64,000 bases of DNA from Antedon mediterranea (taxonomy: Eukaryota; Animalia; Echinodermata): positions 7,688,001 to 7,752,000 of the forward strand of contig NC_092672.1 in the NCBI RefSeq assembly GCF_964355755.1. Reading direction: 5' to 3'. The first letter of the stretch is position 1. Each line of letters opens with the position of its first letter. Positions 26,875 to 40,169 of the stretch are shown piece by piece. A program made the position numbers and the translations under genes. The notes beneath the pieces were generated by a model. The model was not told the origin of the DNA. It saw only the letters and a program-made list of their open reading frames with translations, and did no database searches.

Positions 26875-29800
26875 TCAGCGGTGGTACGATGAATTGTTAG
26901 TTTGGTCACCAGCAAGTTTAGTAGTGTCTGTCATAGTGATTGTATCTGGATGGATACGGTTGGCTGTCTTCTTCTTCCATTTATATTGAACCTATAATTA
27001 ATGAACGTATGATATACAATTGAGAAATTATAACTGAATTTTACTTTTGAACTTTCCTAATACATTCTATGAATCACTATAAAGCAAGATAAAGAGATAG
27101 AAAGACCACGTAAAAGTGCATAAGGTATCATTAAAGCAGACATAATGGGTTTACTGATTTACGAGAAGTGTATTTTAGAAAAAAATAATATTAGGAAAGA
27201 CCCCACCCATCTGCTACATTACTGTTACAATTTTAATAGATCTGGCATTGGACTACGACCACCAAAAGCCAATCTATGTAGAACTAGGAAATCCTTTGTT
27301 GTAAATAGCATTTATATATATTATGTATAATTCAAATGTTCGACGATAACTCTATATACTGTAATTGTTTTTAAATTTGTATCAGTTTTAATTTAACAAT
27401 GGCCTATAAATCGTATTTTAACATTGGCTTATAGCGTTTTGGCAAATTTTATGTATTATTTTTTTGTGCCAGTTTCATTGTCTTTTTGTCTTAATTATGC
27501 CAAGCAAAATTAATTTGCATTTTAAGTGGGGACCAATAACATTTCTTGAATCTTGAGTCAGAAGGGAAGTGAAATGAGAAAGAGCTTCCCTTCAAATTTA
27601 CCAACATGCCTTTCATCTCCGATTCCATGTTAAGACCTCCGGCTTCCCCACTCTACCTTCCCCTATACACTATCCTCCCACTCTCTTTCTCCCCTAGGGT
27701 GAGTATTAACACCTTTTCTGCCTTCCCAGATGATATAAAAAAGAAATTTCTCTCAATTGTAACTAATTTTGTATTTATTTTGTCTATTTATGCCGATATT
27801 TTCCTTTGATGGCATCGTTGCTAATGAAATTGAAATGAAATGCCCAACTTTTTTTTTTACCAAGTTTGAAAATTTAAGATATTGCTAAAACTGATTGTTA
27901 TTTAGGTAAATTTAAAAGTACACGTGAGTACTGTACCTCATTACTGAAGACACACTGAGAGAGCCAGATGAAGAAACCTTGAAATGAGTTCATGATGACA
28001 AATATGTATTCCATGACTTTGGAACTACTGAAGAGGATGATGATACCAAAAATCCATGGTAGTCCAACTACAGGTGCAAGGAGGATCAAACCGAACGCCA
28101 ACGATCTTTAAAAACAAAAACAAGGAAAACACAATACAGTTTTTGATATATTCATACTATACCGGTAATATTTATTATTTTTGTACTAGAAATCCTTGCA
28201 TACTTACTGATAGAAGTAATGTTAGTAATTTGAATTAGTCTGGAAGACATTATACAATTATTTACTACTGTATCTGAATTATCATTTTTTTTATATTCAT
28301 TTATCATAATAATTATTATGAAATTGTTCATGTCAAAACGAAATCATTTAAGATATATGTTGATACCTGATTCGTTTGATTGAGTTCTTGTCTTCTTTAG
28401 ATCGTGTTGGAAATCGAGTTTTTGTGAGTGCTATATGTCCAATGACAACAATCTGTACACTGATAATCTATACAAGAAAATACAGCATGTAATATATTAT
28501 TAATGAGTGTTTGTTCAGTTTTCAACTTTTAATTTTAAAAATTATTTCAAGTTCAAATTAACTAAACGTTTCGATTCTTCTTAAAACACAGACAAACATG
28601 TAACATTTTTCGTGAAGTAATTGAAATTAAAATGGTTTAGAAAACCAGTGTACCAACGAAAACACAAACCGCATGTTGACGTGAATATCAAATTAACCAT
28701 ACTTTACCAAACTTCAATTTCAAGAATTTCTCTACGATAATATATAATACTTATTGATAATGTTATAATGTAAAATTGTATCGCATTTCAGTTTACTGTA
28801 ATGATAATTTTAATAAATATACCATTATGAATTAATAATCAACCAAAATCGCAAAAAACTCTAAAATAAGCAGACAAGCAGAAAAAATGCGTCATTACTG
28901 AAGAGGACAAAGGATGACAACCATTACTTACAATAAGCGTAATAGCCATTGGTATGATGAAAGTCCAGATTGCAAAGTCCATTTTCAACCAGCACCTATG
29001 AATTAAAATAATAAAAGAATCAAAGTTATGTGTGCATTTTATCTTTTTCTTAAGCATAAACAGAACTTGTTAAACTCAAGAAAAATTATTACAAAATAAC
29101 CTATGACAGTAACCTATAAGACATTTAAACTGTTATCATTTGGAGTATAGGGTGTGGTAATCAATATCATACAGAACGCGACGAATACTGTGCAAGCCAT
29201 TGTTAACGCATATTTTTATGTTCGCTAAACAATGTAAATGATACAAGCATAGAATTTTACACTTCATCGGAAACGTAGTTTTTCCTTGTACATCCAGCCG
29301 TCACTCCTACGATTATACTAGGAACTATCCAGCCAAGATAACGGCTAAATAAAAAGCGTCGTTCGTGGTTAGCAAACGGATGTCTGATCTTCATGTACAC
29401 GTCTGTAGACACAATTAGCATCCATGCAAAGGCGGCTAAGAGACTGTAATGTAAGCAACCAGCAATGGCAGCACATACAATCTGGAAAAAAACGAAGAAT
29501 AATGAGGAAGACGAAGAAAAGGATGAATATCTTAAACAAAAATAAGGACAGTCGACTCAGAAAAAACAGTAAAGTTTTTTTTTTAAATATAATAGTATGC
29601 TATATCTAGGAAAATGTACTTTAAGCAAGTTTATGTTCGATACTATGATATCGTCTTCCAGTGCCGCCTTTTGTTTTATTAATATTTACAGTAAATCTGA
29701 AAACAGGCTAAATGTGGAAAGGGTTAAAAACGCCAGAGCGGCCGATAACAGTGTTGCCAAAAACACTGAATATATTCTATTTTGAAGAATTCATTAAGGA

Positions 29801-32800
29801 GAGTATGTTTGGAAGGATTGATGGCATGCCTTTTATGTAGACATATTCTCAGTACTGTATCTCCGCATAAATATTTGTATGATAATAAATATATATAAGG
29901 AATATTGGTAATACAGCATCTAATATGTATCGCATGTTGTGCCTGTATCCTAAAAGGTTAAGGGTTAGCTTATGTTGTACGATACTAGGAGATACATTTC
30001 TAGGATACTGGGCAAATCTAGATACAGTACTGCGAATCGGCTGATGATCACCATATCAACCAAATTTCCAAAGTACAGTATTTGCAAATAAACAATTATT
30101 AACTCTGACAAATTTTATTTTGTATAAAGTCATAATAAAATATTTTTTTAAAATAAAATTTAAATTAAACTTACCTTATTTTTAACATTCACACCTAGGA
30201 AGGCATAGAAGAAATTGACGATAAGTAGAGCAACTACCAGATGACAAAGGATTTTATGGCGCTCAGAATTTCTTAAGCTTCTAAAATAGTAATAATTTTT
30301 ATAATCAATTTTAGAATCCAAACATGATTAAAGTTTTATTTGAATTAGGACAGTGGATGTAAACACAACGTCTACTAACTGTATCAATTAAGAGGCTACA
30401 TAGAAACATAGCAGGAAAAAATGTTACTTAAGATTATTTTTCGCATTAATATTATTATAATAACAAGTGTTAGTGCAAACTTTGTGTCATGTCTCAAACA
30501 GTTAAATCATGTTTTATATTTGATAACTTACTTGAAACTATATATAGTAATCAGGGTTATAATAAGAAACAAACTGGAAATTGCAAGTCCAACGTTAGTA
30601 ATTATTGATAAAGTCTTGTCATTAATATTTGACTATAAAACAGAAAGTAATAATAATATAATTAATAAACAAAAAGTAGTCGATTTACTAATTGTTAATT
30701 TGATTGACTATTCTAACGTCTTCTTCAGTTAAACAGGTTTTCGACAGAGATTTTCAAGTACATCATGTTGATTCACTTCAACACCTCAACTTATATCATT
30801 GAGGTCTCATTCGTATTCAACACATAGTAAACGCATTCAAGTATGTTTTATAACTGTTATTTTGTTGTTGTTTATAAATGTTACATTTATAAACAACAAC
30901 AAATTAATTTATTTATTTTAATCAGGGAAGATAAGTTCAATCCTTCCTTCCATTTATATATATAATTAATCATATTTTACCGGTATCGGTTTCATCAAAA
31001 CGACAAATGACGTCATATGATTACATCTGCATATCACACCATCAATATGGTAGTTTTCATAAAAAGTAGAACAACCTTCTGTTGACCATATCCTTAATAA
31101 AAGAGTTATTTAACAAGACCTTTAACAATACTGTACCTGACATTTCAAAAACCATTAAACATTTCAAAACAAAGTTATTTTTCGTAAATGTGGTATCAAT
31201 AAGCAACATTCGTCGTAATAGGAGGCACCACTAGGCGATCAATAGGGGAGCTTTCGATTTCCAATGAAAAACGATCTTGACAACCTACATCTATATATAA
31301 ATTTACGTAAGGGCAAAATTCGGTAATTCTCGGTTTATTTCTAGAATTTCTACTCGATGGTATATAAAGTTGGTACATACTTTTGGTACTGATTTTAACC
31401 ATCTGATGTAACCCTGTTTACTAATTAAATTGAGTTAGGTAATTAGTTATTGACGATTAAAACGAATTTAGGTTCAACGATTTGCCCCAAATAGGGGTGT
31501 TTTCCGATCGTGGTATACACTGTCTAATGGATGTCCATCTTGAAAAATACCCGCCACAAAAATACGAGGAGGCTTCGCATTTTCCTATCTCCTCCTACGA
31601 TAATTGTTTTTAATAGCTGAAAACTGGTTGAACAGCTAGAGTACAGCATCATAATGTTGAAGACAGGCCGATTTTCTTTAAAAAATACTATTTTGATACA
31701 TGTAATATACGTTTTTACAAATGTATTGATTTGTGATGAATGGAACATTCCAAATTATTTGGTTTAACCATAGAGGTATAGATTTAGATTTATGGGCCCC
31801 CTTTGAGAATAAACATAAATAGTATTGCAATGCTGTACAATACTGTTAAGGTATTAACCACTTTTGATCGCAATTTGAATCGCAAATTTCTTACTGTGAG
31901 TGTTGGTACTGTTAGAGTTTTAACAAAGTATTAAATCGTAAATGTTTTACTGTATTTAGTGGTATATTATTTATAGGCCTATAAAACATTAAAAACAATA
32001 TTTCGTTACTTAGTGGATAAGAATATATTTTAAAATGTTTCCTCTTTGTACCTATCTTCTTCCCCCATCCCTCAACCCTTAATGTTACATACAAAACACA
32101 AATTGGGTTTGTTTAAATGAGTCCAAATAAAAAAATTGACTCATTTTGTTTCTCTCTCGGAAGTAATTCCCAGGGTGCTAATTTTGGTTGACTACATAAA
32201 ATATTGTGTATATTTATTCGTTTCTGTAAACGAAAATTTATTATAGTCCTGCAGTTCATTTTAAATCTCTATTTTTTTCTCGCTGGAAATACTGTGCAAA
32301 TCGCAAGCTATCTAATGTGTAGGTTGGATCACGGAAGAGTGAACTGAAGCAACGCATGAGGACGTTGATGTGACGCAATAAGCGGCTTATCCGAACTTAT
32401 CTGTCCCACTTGTCTCTCTTTCATTTATCATATTTCTATTAATAAATAACTGCCTATACTTACGGCTCTGAAGAGTCCATATTTTCAGTATAATAACACG
32501 CTGGTATATATTTCACATTTGTCGAATTTTCATTTGTAATGTTCTTGAAAGACAGATATTATTAATAATAATTATACGTTTATATTATGTTTAAATCTTT
32601 TAAAACAACCGTTAGTTGCTTAAAACGTACCTTAATAACAGGAAACTTAATCTCTAAATTCATACCAACTTCCTCGCCTTTGTCATCATATACGTCGATA
32701 GTGACAATGTCAGATGAACTTATCATCTCCTCATCGTCCCTTTTATAATCGAAAATAAATTAACATAAGAATTTAATAAAATTATACAGTGTACAGTAAA

Positions 32801-35800
32801 ATGATAATTACAATGGTATGTTTTGTTTATATGTTTTAGAAACTGCAAAACCCTCCTGACAAATTGGATTTTGTTAGTTCTCTACTTGAGTTATCAAGAT
32901 AAAAAAAAGTAAAATTATTATTTTTGTTTTGATCTCTGTATGTGTTTCCACCAGACTGTACTGACATTAATAATGATATAACCGTATTAAAAAAAATTAA
33001 TTGTCTATGATGTAATAGTAAATGAATAAAAGAATGTTTTTAAAATAATAATAATATAAATATTAACTTACTGACTTTCTACGTTGAAATGAGTATCTTC
33101 GTCAACAGTTTCCTTTTCTGCAACGATTGTGTATTTTCCATCTAGACAAAGAGGTGAAATATTTGCAAGGCAAAGAGTGATCAGTGAAAATAAAAGAATT
33201 ATGTAGAGTGAGAGTATTTCAACATTATTACGCATTGTTGAAGAAGGCAGAGTTGTAGGACTAACCTTTAATAAATGTTATAATTATATTAATTAAAAGG
33301 TGGTGGTTAGTGGGTTGTTATAATAAATACTTGCGATAATCAAATGTAATGAATATAACTGAAATGCAAACAACTCTTCTGCCTGTAAACAAACATAAGT
33401 CCTGGCAAAGACTTTATAATCGATTAGCGATAAATACGTACTTACAAATTAATATGCCGATTTCGAAAATACATTGTAATGGTTGTTATTACTAGCTATT
33501 AAAAATGTGTAAATCACACCTTCTTCTATAGAACTATCTGTTGAAGTTGAGAATGTAATGCTATCTGGTTCCGCTGTTAGAGGAACGTCTTTTACCTCTG
33601 GTGATGTAATATTTTTGATAACTAAAAAAAAACAACAAAATGCAACATGTATTTGTCATGTCATCACTTAAATAATGCTACCCTGGATTTCCAGGTTCAT
33701 AGTTTTAATAAAGTTAATCATTTGCGTACAACAACAAAAATGTTTTCAAAACAACAAAATAAAAGGTTAAATTCAACCAAAACCCAATTGTCTTTTAGTT
33801 AAATTACAGGTTTTTTTTACAGTATAACATCTATATTATAAGTGAGAGAGTTTGTACGTCTGTCTGTTTGTTTGTTTGTTTGTTTGTTTGTTCGTTATAC
33901 AAATTTTTGTTACTGCACGTAATCTTACATATGGGGTATCAAAATGACCGCAATTGTACCGGGAATGTTCTAAGCTATATTTGAACATCATCCGCCATCT
34001 AAGATCCAAGTTAGGGGCCAAAATGTGGTCAAAATTGCCCACTTTTCCCCACTTTCGGGTTTTTGTGGGAGGGTTGGGAGGGGGGGTGGTGGTTTGTGAT
34101 GTCATTTTTGCTTGGAATCGGGGTTGTAGGCTATCGAATTGTAAAATTATACTACAAATGTTTTACAGTATTTGAATTATCCTCAGGAAGGCGTTTGGGG
34201 GAAATATAGATATAGATATACATATTTTAATCATTAACCAATATGACACCTATTCATTTACACATTTAGCAAAGTACTTTAACCATATCCAGCTATGTAT
34301 CAGTCTCTTGGATTGTCTCATTACAGACATCCATTCCTGTCTGAACATATACACGTTCTTTGCTGTTACTGTGTTCTATTACTATAGTTGAACATCATTC
34401 GCCATCTAGGATCCAAGTTAGGGGCCACAATGCATGGTCAAAATGGCCCACTTTCGATATTTGTTCGTTTTACAAATTTCTGTTTCTGCATGTAACCATA
34501 CATATGGGGTATCAAAATGATCGCAATTGTGGTTGGAAAATGTTAAAGTATTTTAATTATGCCTGGAAAGGGGCTGGGATTTTGGTGTGGGGATGTAGGC
34601 CTATCACCAAGACCGAAACTGTATTGGGAATGTTTTAAACTACTTTTGAAAACTGCGACTGAGGGATTATGGGTTGGGAGTGATGGCTAACATAATTTGT
34701 ATTAGAACCTTCTTAAACACATTACCCAGTATCTGGGGTGTGTTTGAAGTGGAGGAGGAGGACCGAAAATGCTGGCGTAATGAAGTAGCCTATATGATTG
34801 TAATAGGAAAAGTTACTACATTTGAACTGTCCAGGGGAGGAGTTACGGTTTGTTGATTGTGGCTGGGATGTTGAGAGGAGAAAGAAGGCTAGGGGTATCA
34901 AAATTAGATATTTTAATTATCAGCCAATATGACACCTATTTATTTACACAGTTTACAACGTACTTAAACCATAGGCCCATCGTAGCTATGTATACCCTCT
35001 CAATTTGAAGCTGAAGTTGAATTGAATTTGTACTTGGAAGAATTTGTTTAAAAAAAAGAGTGTGGGGTGTTATTGAATAGAGGTGGGGGTTGGTGAGTGT
35101 AGGGAGGTAGGCCTACTGGCGTCGGGTGTTATGTACTGAGAAGGCTTTAAACTAATTTTAAAACCCACCCTGGGGCGGGTATAATTGCTAGTACTAAATA
35201 ATAATAACTATTATGAGACATTAAAATGGCATATTAAACAATAACATTTTTTTTTCAGGGGGACAATACATCTTAAATTAAACTAAAGTTTCCATATTAT
35301 CATTGCTCAGGCAATTTAAAACGTACGGTACTTGTTCTAACAGTAATAATAACAAAACAAAACAAAACAAAAGTACTAATTTATTAAAAATAACATTTAA
35401 TCAAGATATTTACCCTTAGTTACCGGGATGTTGGTAGTAGCAGGATTAGTAGTAATGGAATCGGTAGTAAAATGATGAGTAGTGGTGGAATCGGTAGTAG
35501 CAGGATGCGTAGTGGTGGTATCGGTAGTAGCAGGATGCGTAGTGGTGGTATCGCTAATAGCAGGATGCGTAGTTGTGGTATCGGCAGTGATATCGGTAGT
35601 GGTATCGGTATTAGGATTATTCGTAGTAGTATCAACAGTGGTACCGGTATGATTCGGAGTAGTATCGGTAATGATATCGGTAATGGTATCGGTAGTAGCA
35701 GGATTTGTAGTAGTATCGGTAGTAGTGGGATTCGTAGTAATAGCGGTAGTAGCGGGATTCGTAGTAATAGCGATAGTAGTAGGATTCATAGTGGTATTGG

Positions 35801-37585
35801 TAGTAGCAGGATTCGTAGTGATATCGGTAGTAGCAGGATTCGTAGTGATATCGGTAGTAGCAGGATTCGTAGTGGTATCGGTAGTAGCAGGATTCGTAGT
35901 GATATCGGTAGTAGCAGGATTCGTAGTGATATCGGTAGTAGCGGGATTTGTAGTAATATTGGTAGTAGCGGGATTCGTAGTGATATCGGTAGTAGCGGGA
36001 TTCGTAGTGATATCGGTAGTAGCGGGATTCGTAGTGATATCGGTAGTAGCGGGAATCGTAGTAATAGCGGTAGTAACAGGATTAGTAGTGACATCGGTAG
36101 TAGCAGGATTCGTACAGGTAGTAGCGATAGTAGCAGCATTCGCAGTAATATCTATATTCAGCAGTCATGCATGAAAATAAAAGAACCAGAAAGTAATAAA
36201 TAATTGTAAACCTAAACAAAAATTGCCTGTATTTTAACATAAAATAATAGGAAATTAAAAAAATAGTAATACCGACGAATATTTAAAGGCATAGTATTTT
36301 CGGACAGACTCAGCTGAGTCCGTCAGTATACATTTCTTACTTATAAATTAACATTTAACAGTAAGTTTGTTTTAGCCTACCCTTGTACACTTCTATACCA
36401 GCAAGGAAACCGCCATACGTTCCACTTGCGTCGGTAATAAAGTTTATAACCAATGTATTACTTGAAGACCAAGTGTCTTGTGGCAAAACAGAACCTTCGT
36501 ATTTGACAGTCGTGCTTCCATCGTCAACTGACACATAATCATAGGCTGTTTCAATATCGAAAGCGTAGAATTTTAGTAACAGCACATTTTCAGGATTTGT
36601 ATGAAACGTCCAGGTGTAGTCCAGATCATTATCATATTGGTCTGGATAATTTTTTGATGCGATGTTCTCAGATTGGCTTGGACATAGAAAGTACTCCCCG
36701 GACCATGTTGTTTGACCTTACAAAAGAAAATTTGTAAAGATTAATTTATAATCCAAACATCCACAGCAGCCGGCCCAAAGCCCCCGGCCCAAAGCCCCCG
36801 GCCCAAAGGCCCCCCCCCCCCCCTCATCCACACATAAAACCCAAAAATGATCAGTTATTGAAGTGTATACTTGATATAACGATTCCTAACTATTCATGAA
36901 ATAATTATTTACTTTACTTTTTTGATGAAAACTTTGAACGTGTTTTCGCTACAAACCTGACAATAATAATTTTTTTATAAATATTACTTAAAGTCACCGT
37001 GGTCGTATATTGAAGAAGAGGTGGCTGCGTTTCGACAGGGAAGAGTGATATTCGAAAACTAAATATTTGACAACTAACGACAACTAAATATTCGTTACAC
37101 ATAGAGACTGAGAACACGTTCAGTCATGTAGTGGTTGTGACAGTGCCAAGAACACTGTGTTTATCAAGACTTTGTTTCAAGAGACTGAGAACACGTTCAG
37201 CCATTACGTGGTTGTGACAGTGTCAAGAACACTGTGTTCTTAAAGACATTTGTTTCAAGAAACTGAGAACAGTGTCAAGAACACTGTGTTTATCAAGACA
37301 GTTATTTCAAGTGACTGAGAACACGTTCAGCCATGACGTGGTTGTGACAGTGCCAAGAACACTGTGTTCATCCAGACATTTGTTTAAAAAACTGAGAATA
37401 TGTAGTGACAACTCTAAATCACTTGTTGTCAGTTATAAATGACAAACTGTAGGAAGTCCATTTCTGCATGGTAATGTTAATGCATGTTAAGATAGCTGCC
37501 CAATAGATTAGTTGAACTTACCAAAAGAAAAGTAATTTAAGTTGATGACAAAAATCAGAAACGTTTTCAACAAAACACGTTCCAT
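26875..37585 (-). CDS. Adhesion GPCR copy 2 (signal-CUB-mucin-GAIN/GPS-7TM), both ends present
   Basis: Exons: 37522-37585 (MERVLLKTFLIFVINLNYFSF), CUB 36381-36716, mucin 35414-36151, GAIN exons about 32465-33621 (partly unresolved, as in copy 1), GPS 30981-31092, TM1 30532-30632, TM2 30175-30280, TM3-4 29261-29481, 28932-28995, 28367-28467, TM6-7 27937-28105 (GLPWIFG...YIFVIMNSFQGFFIW), last exon 26875-26991 ending in TGA. Secretin/adhesion-family 7TM motifs. Confidence 0.88.
27140..27560 (+). mobile_element. LINE 3' remnant in aGPCR2 last intron
   Basis: DPTHLLH...RSG..LR...RTRKSFV, resembling an L2/CR1 ORF2 C-terminus, followed by an AT-rich UTR and a TTCTTGAA-type tail. Confidence 0.5.
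31290..32296 (+). mobile_element. Helitron-like family A copy, 3'-truncated
   Basis: Starts A|TCTATATATAAATTTACGTAAGGG, the reverse complement of 16540-16563. Absent from the paralogous intron, where about 135 bp (2432-2568) is present instead. Confidence 0.75.
33830..35191 (+). mobile_element. Non-autonomous Helitron (family B)
   Basis: A|TC start; GC hairpin ACCCACCCTGGGGCGGGT shortly before CTAG|T; empty A|T site in the paralogue near 4101; no TSD. Confidence 0.9.
37104..37400. repeat. 78-bp minisatellite, about 4 copies, aGPCR2 intron 1
   Basis: Same unit as 8510-9310, at the paralogous position. Confidence 0.85.
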
Positions 37586-40169
37586 CGTAAGAGAAAGTAA
37601 ACGCTGACAAGATATTTCAAGAAATACAGTACACTATGTATCGTATGTCTTCCAAAGGAATCAAACAATTATAATCCTAACATCTAGACCCTTCTCTGTT
37701 AAAATTCTACAGATTTAACTTATTCAAGCAACTTATTAAGTAGTTAATGATGACAACATTACACATTAGTGGAAGTGCCAAGATTGAATATTACATCTTA
37801 GTGAACGCAATACAATCATTATTGTAGCTTTTGGTCTTCTTCGTCACTATGGAAAGAAAATGGTATATTGATTCTATGATATATTTATAATATTATTAAA
37901 TTAAAAAGTCATCAATGCTCTACAGTACGTCTACTAAATGATGAAATGAAAACAAACTAAGTAACATTATGATTGTATATTACCTCATCTTAGTAAACTC
38001 AATACTGTTATTTATATTAGATCCATCGTTTCTATGGAAAGAAAATTGATTTTTAGTGGTAAACAACATTAAAGTATGTTTCAATTGTATTGTTGACTTT
38101 TAATAAAGTCTAAAAGTCATCACCAATGCTTATATTGAAAATAAGTGCTCGTATATTTTAAGTTATTTTAATGTACTAAGGAAGGTTAGTAAAATGCGAT
38201 TTGCACACAAAAAATCATATTGATGCCCAGTCATTTTCTGAAACACGAGAATGGCATAATCCATGCTCTAAATTGATCAAAACGTAATTTCACAAAAGGG
38301 CGTATATATGTCATCACGGATGAGTGATCACACTGAAAAGCTAATTAGGAATAAATTAAATTATTTAAAAAATATTGTAACATTTTTGTGATCATTGTCA
38401 TTTAACTTTTTGGGACACACATCTGTACAGAAATAAATAAAGAAGAAGAATAAAGATTTCATACAATAACAATAGGTGATCACCTTATTAGTTGTTATAT
38501 ATATTATTTGGAATGTCGACCAAAAATACCAATGGTGTCAGCAGCTGGATGAACGAGTAAACAACTAAATACAGCGATGCCACTTCCACGTGTGCTACTA
38601 TTATTGTATAGTTTGCACTACTAAAATAGTACCTGTATGTAGACTACAACCTGTACATATTAGACCTACGGTACCTTGCCTTTGAGGTTGAGAGCTACGT
38701 TAGGCCTAGAATGTCCGTCATCGTCATGAACACTAATTTCCTGAGTTTTTAATTTCTTTTCGATCTGGTTGACATTAATTTGTTAGTGCAGAATTACTAA
38801 AACTGTAATACCAATGTATATGTATAGGAATAATGCGATTATTTAGATCAACCTATATTGGATAATGTACGATGTAAACAAAGCTTTTAAAACAATGACA
38901 CGTGACAAGTTTGTTTTTAACAGCATTGCCTTCAGAGGTGATTTATTTTATAAACAAAATACTACTGAAAATGAAAAATAGTAAAATTTTTATTAAATAT
39001 TTAGTGTAATAACTTATACGTGGACGTTGTAGATTAATTATTTATTTAAATTATCAAATGATTCTGTACAAGGTTCGATCTAACAAACTTCACGTGACAA
39101 GTAATACTTGTTTTTAACAGCATCGCCGGCCGTCAGACGTGATTTATTTTATTAACAAAATACTACTGAAAAATGTAATGAAAAAAAAGTAACATTAAAT
39201 ATTAAGTGCAATACATTATACGTGGAAGTTGTAGATTAATGATTTATTTAAATTATTAAAATGATTCTGCACAAGGTATATGACCTGACAAAGATCACGT
39301 GATAACTTACTATGCAAACAGAGATTTAATTAAATGTTTTATGAACGTGCTTACAACTAGTTCTACCAATATAAAAGTAATACAATTAGTTAAAAACCGA
39401 TATTTCAAATCATTGGAAAGAAGTATAATTGATTACAATCTAATATTATTATATAGAAAAACATACCATAAATATATTCTAAGGCATTTTCTTTGGGAGT
39501 TTAATCAAGTAAAAGTTGGTGAAACTAACCGTCGTTGTTGTTCTAAACCTCGACTAACAGTTTCAATATAAAGTATATAGACATCACAATTTACACAATT
39601 GTTTTTTTAAAGAAAGTATGCGCTCTAACATGGAACTTATATAAATATATTTATTTAAATTCTGCATAATTGTATAAATGTTATAATATTGTATGAGGCA
39701 GCGAGTCATATAATTATAATGTTATCCACACTTTGCTACCAGAAATCACATTGAAAGATTAATTATTTTTTCGTATTCAATTTGCCAACATAGATCTTAG
39801 GTATAATCACAACATATTCAATTAAGAATGAAATATATGCACCAAGTATGGCAATTCAATCTCAAATTATGGAGGAACGTTAAATCTATGTATACATTAC
39901 GTACATATATGCACATATTGCTTTAATGATAGAATATTTATTTATTTATTTTATTTTATTCAGTTGTCAACCAACAGCGATGAAACCGTCACCAACAGGT
40001 TGAATAAAATATACTTTTAAAGCATTTGTTCCTAATTTGAAACTTATAAACGCTTAATTCTAATTGGATTTTCTTAATCCTCCTCCTCGATAGTTTGTCG
40101 ACATGTAGGTATTTCATATTGATTAGGCATCTGTGATTCCAGGTGGTCTGGTGCGCAGGACATCGTGTA

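Noticed and set aside
36769-36825. GC-rich 14-bp triplication with a poly-C tract
   Set aside because: Short intronic slippage repeat present in only one copy; no evidence of function.
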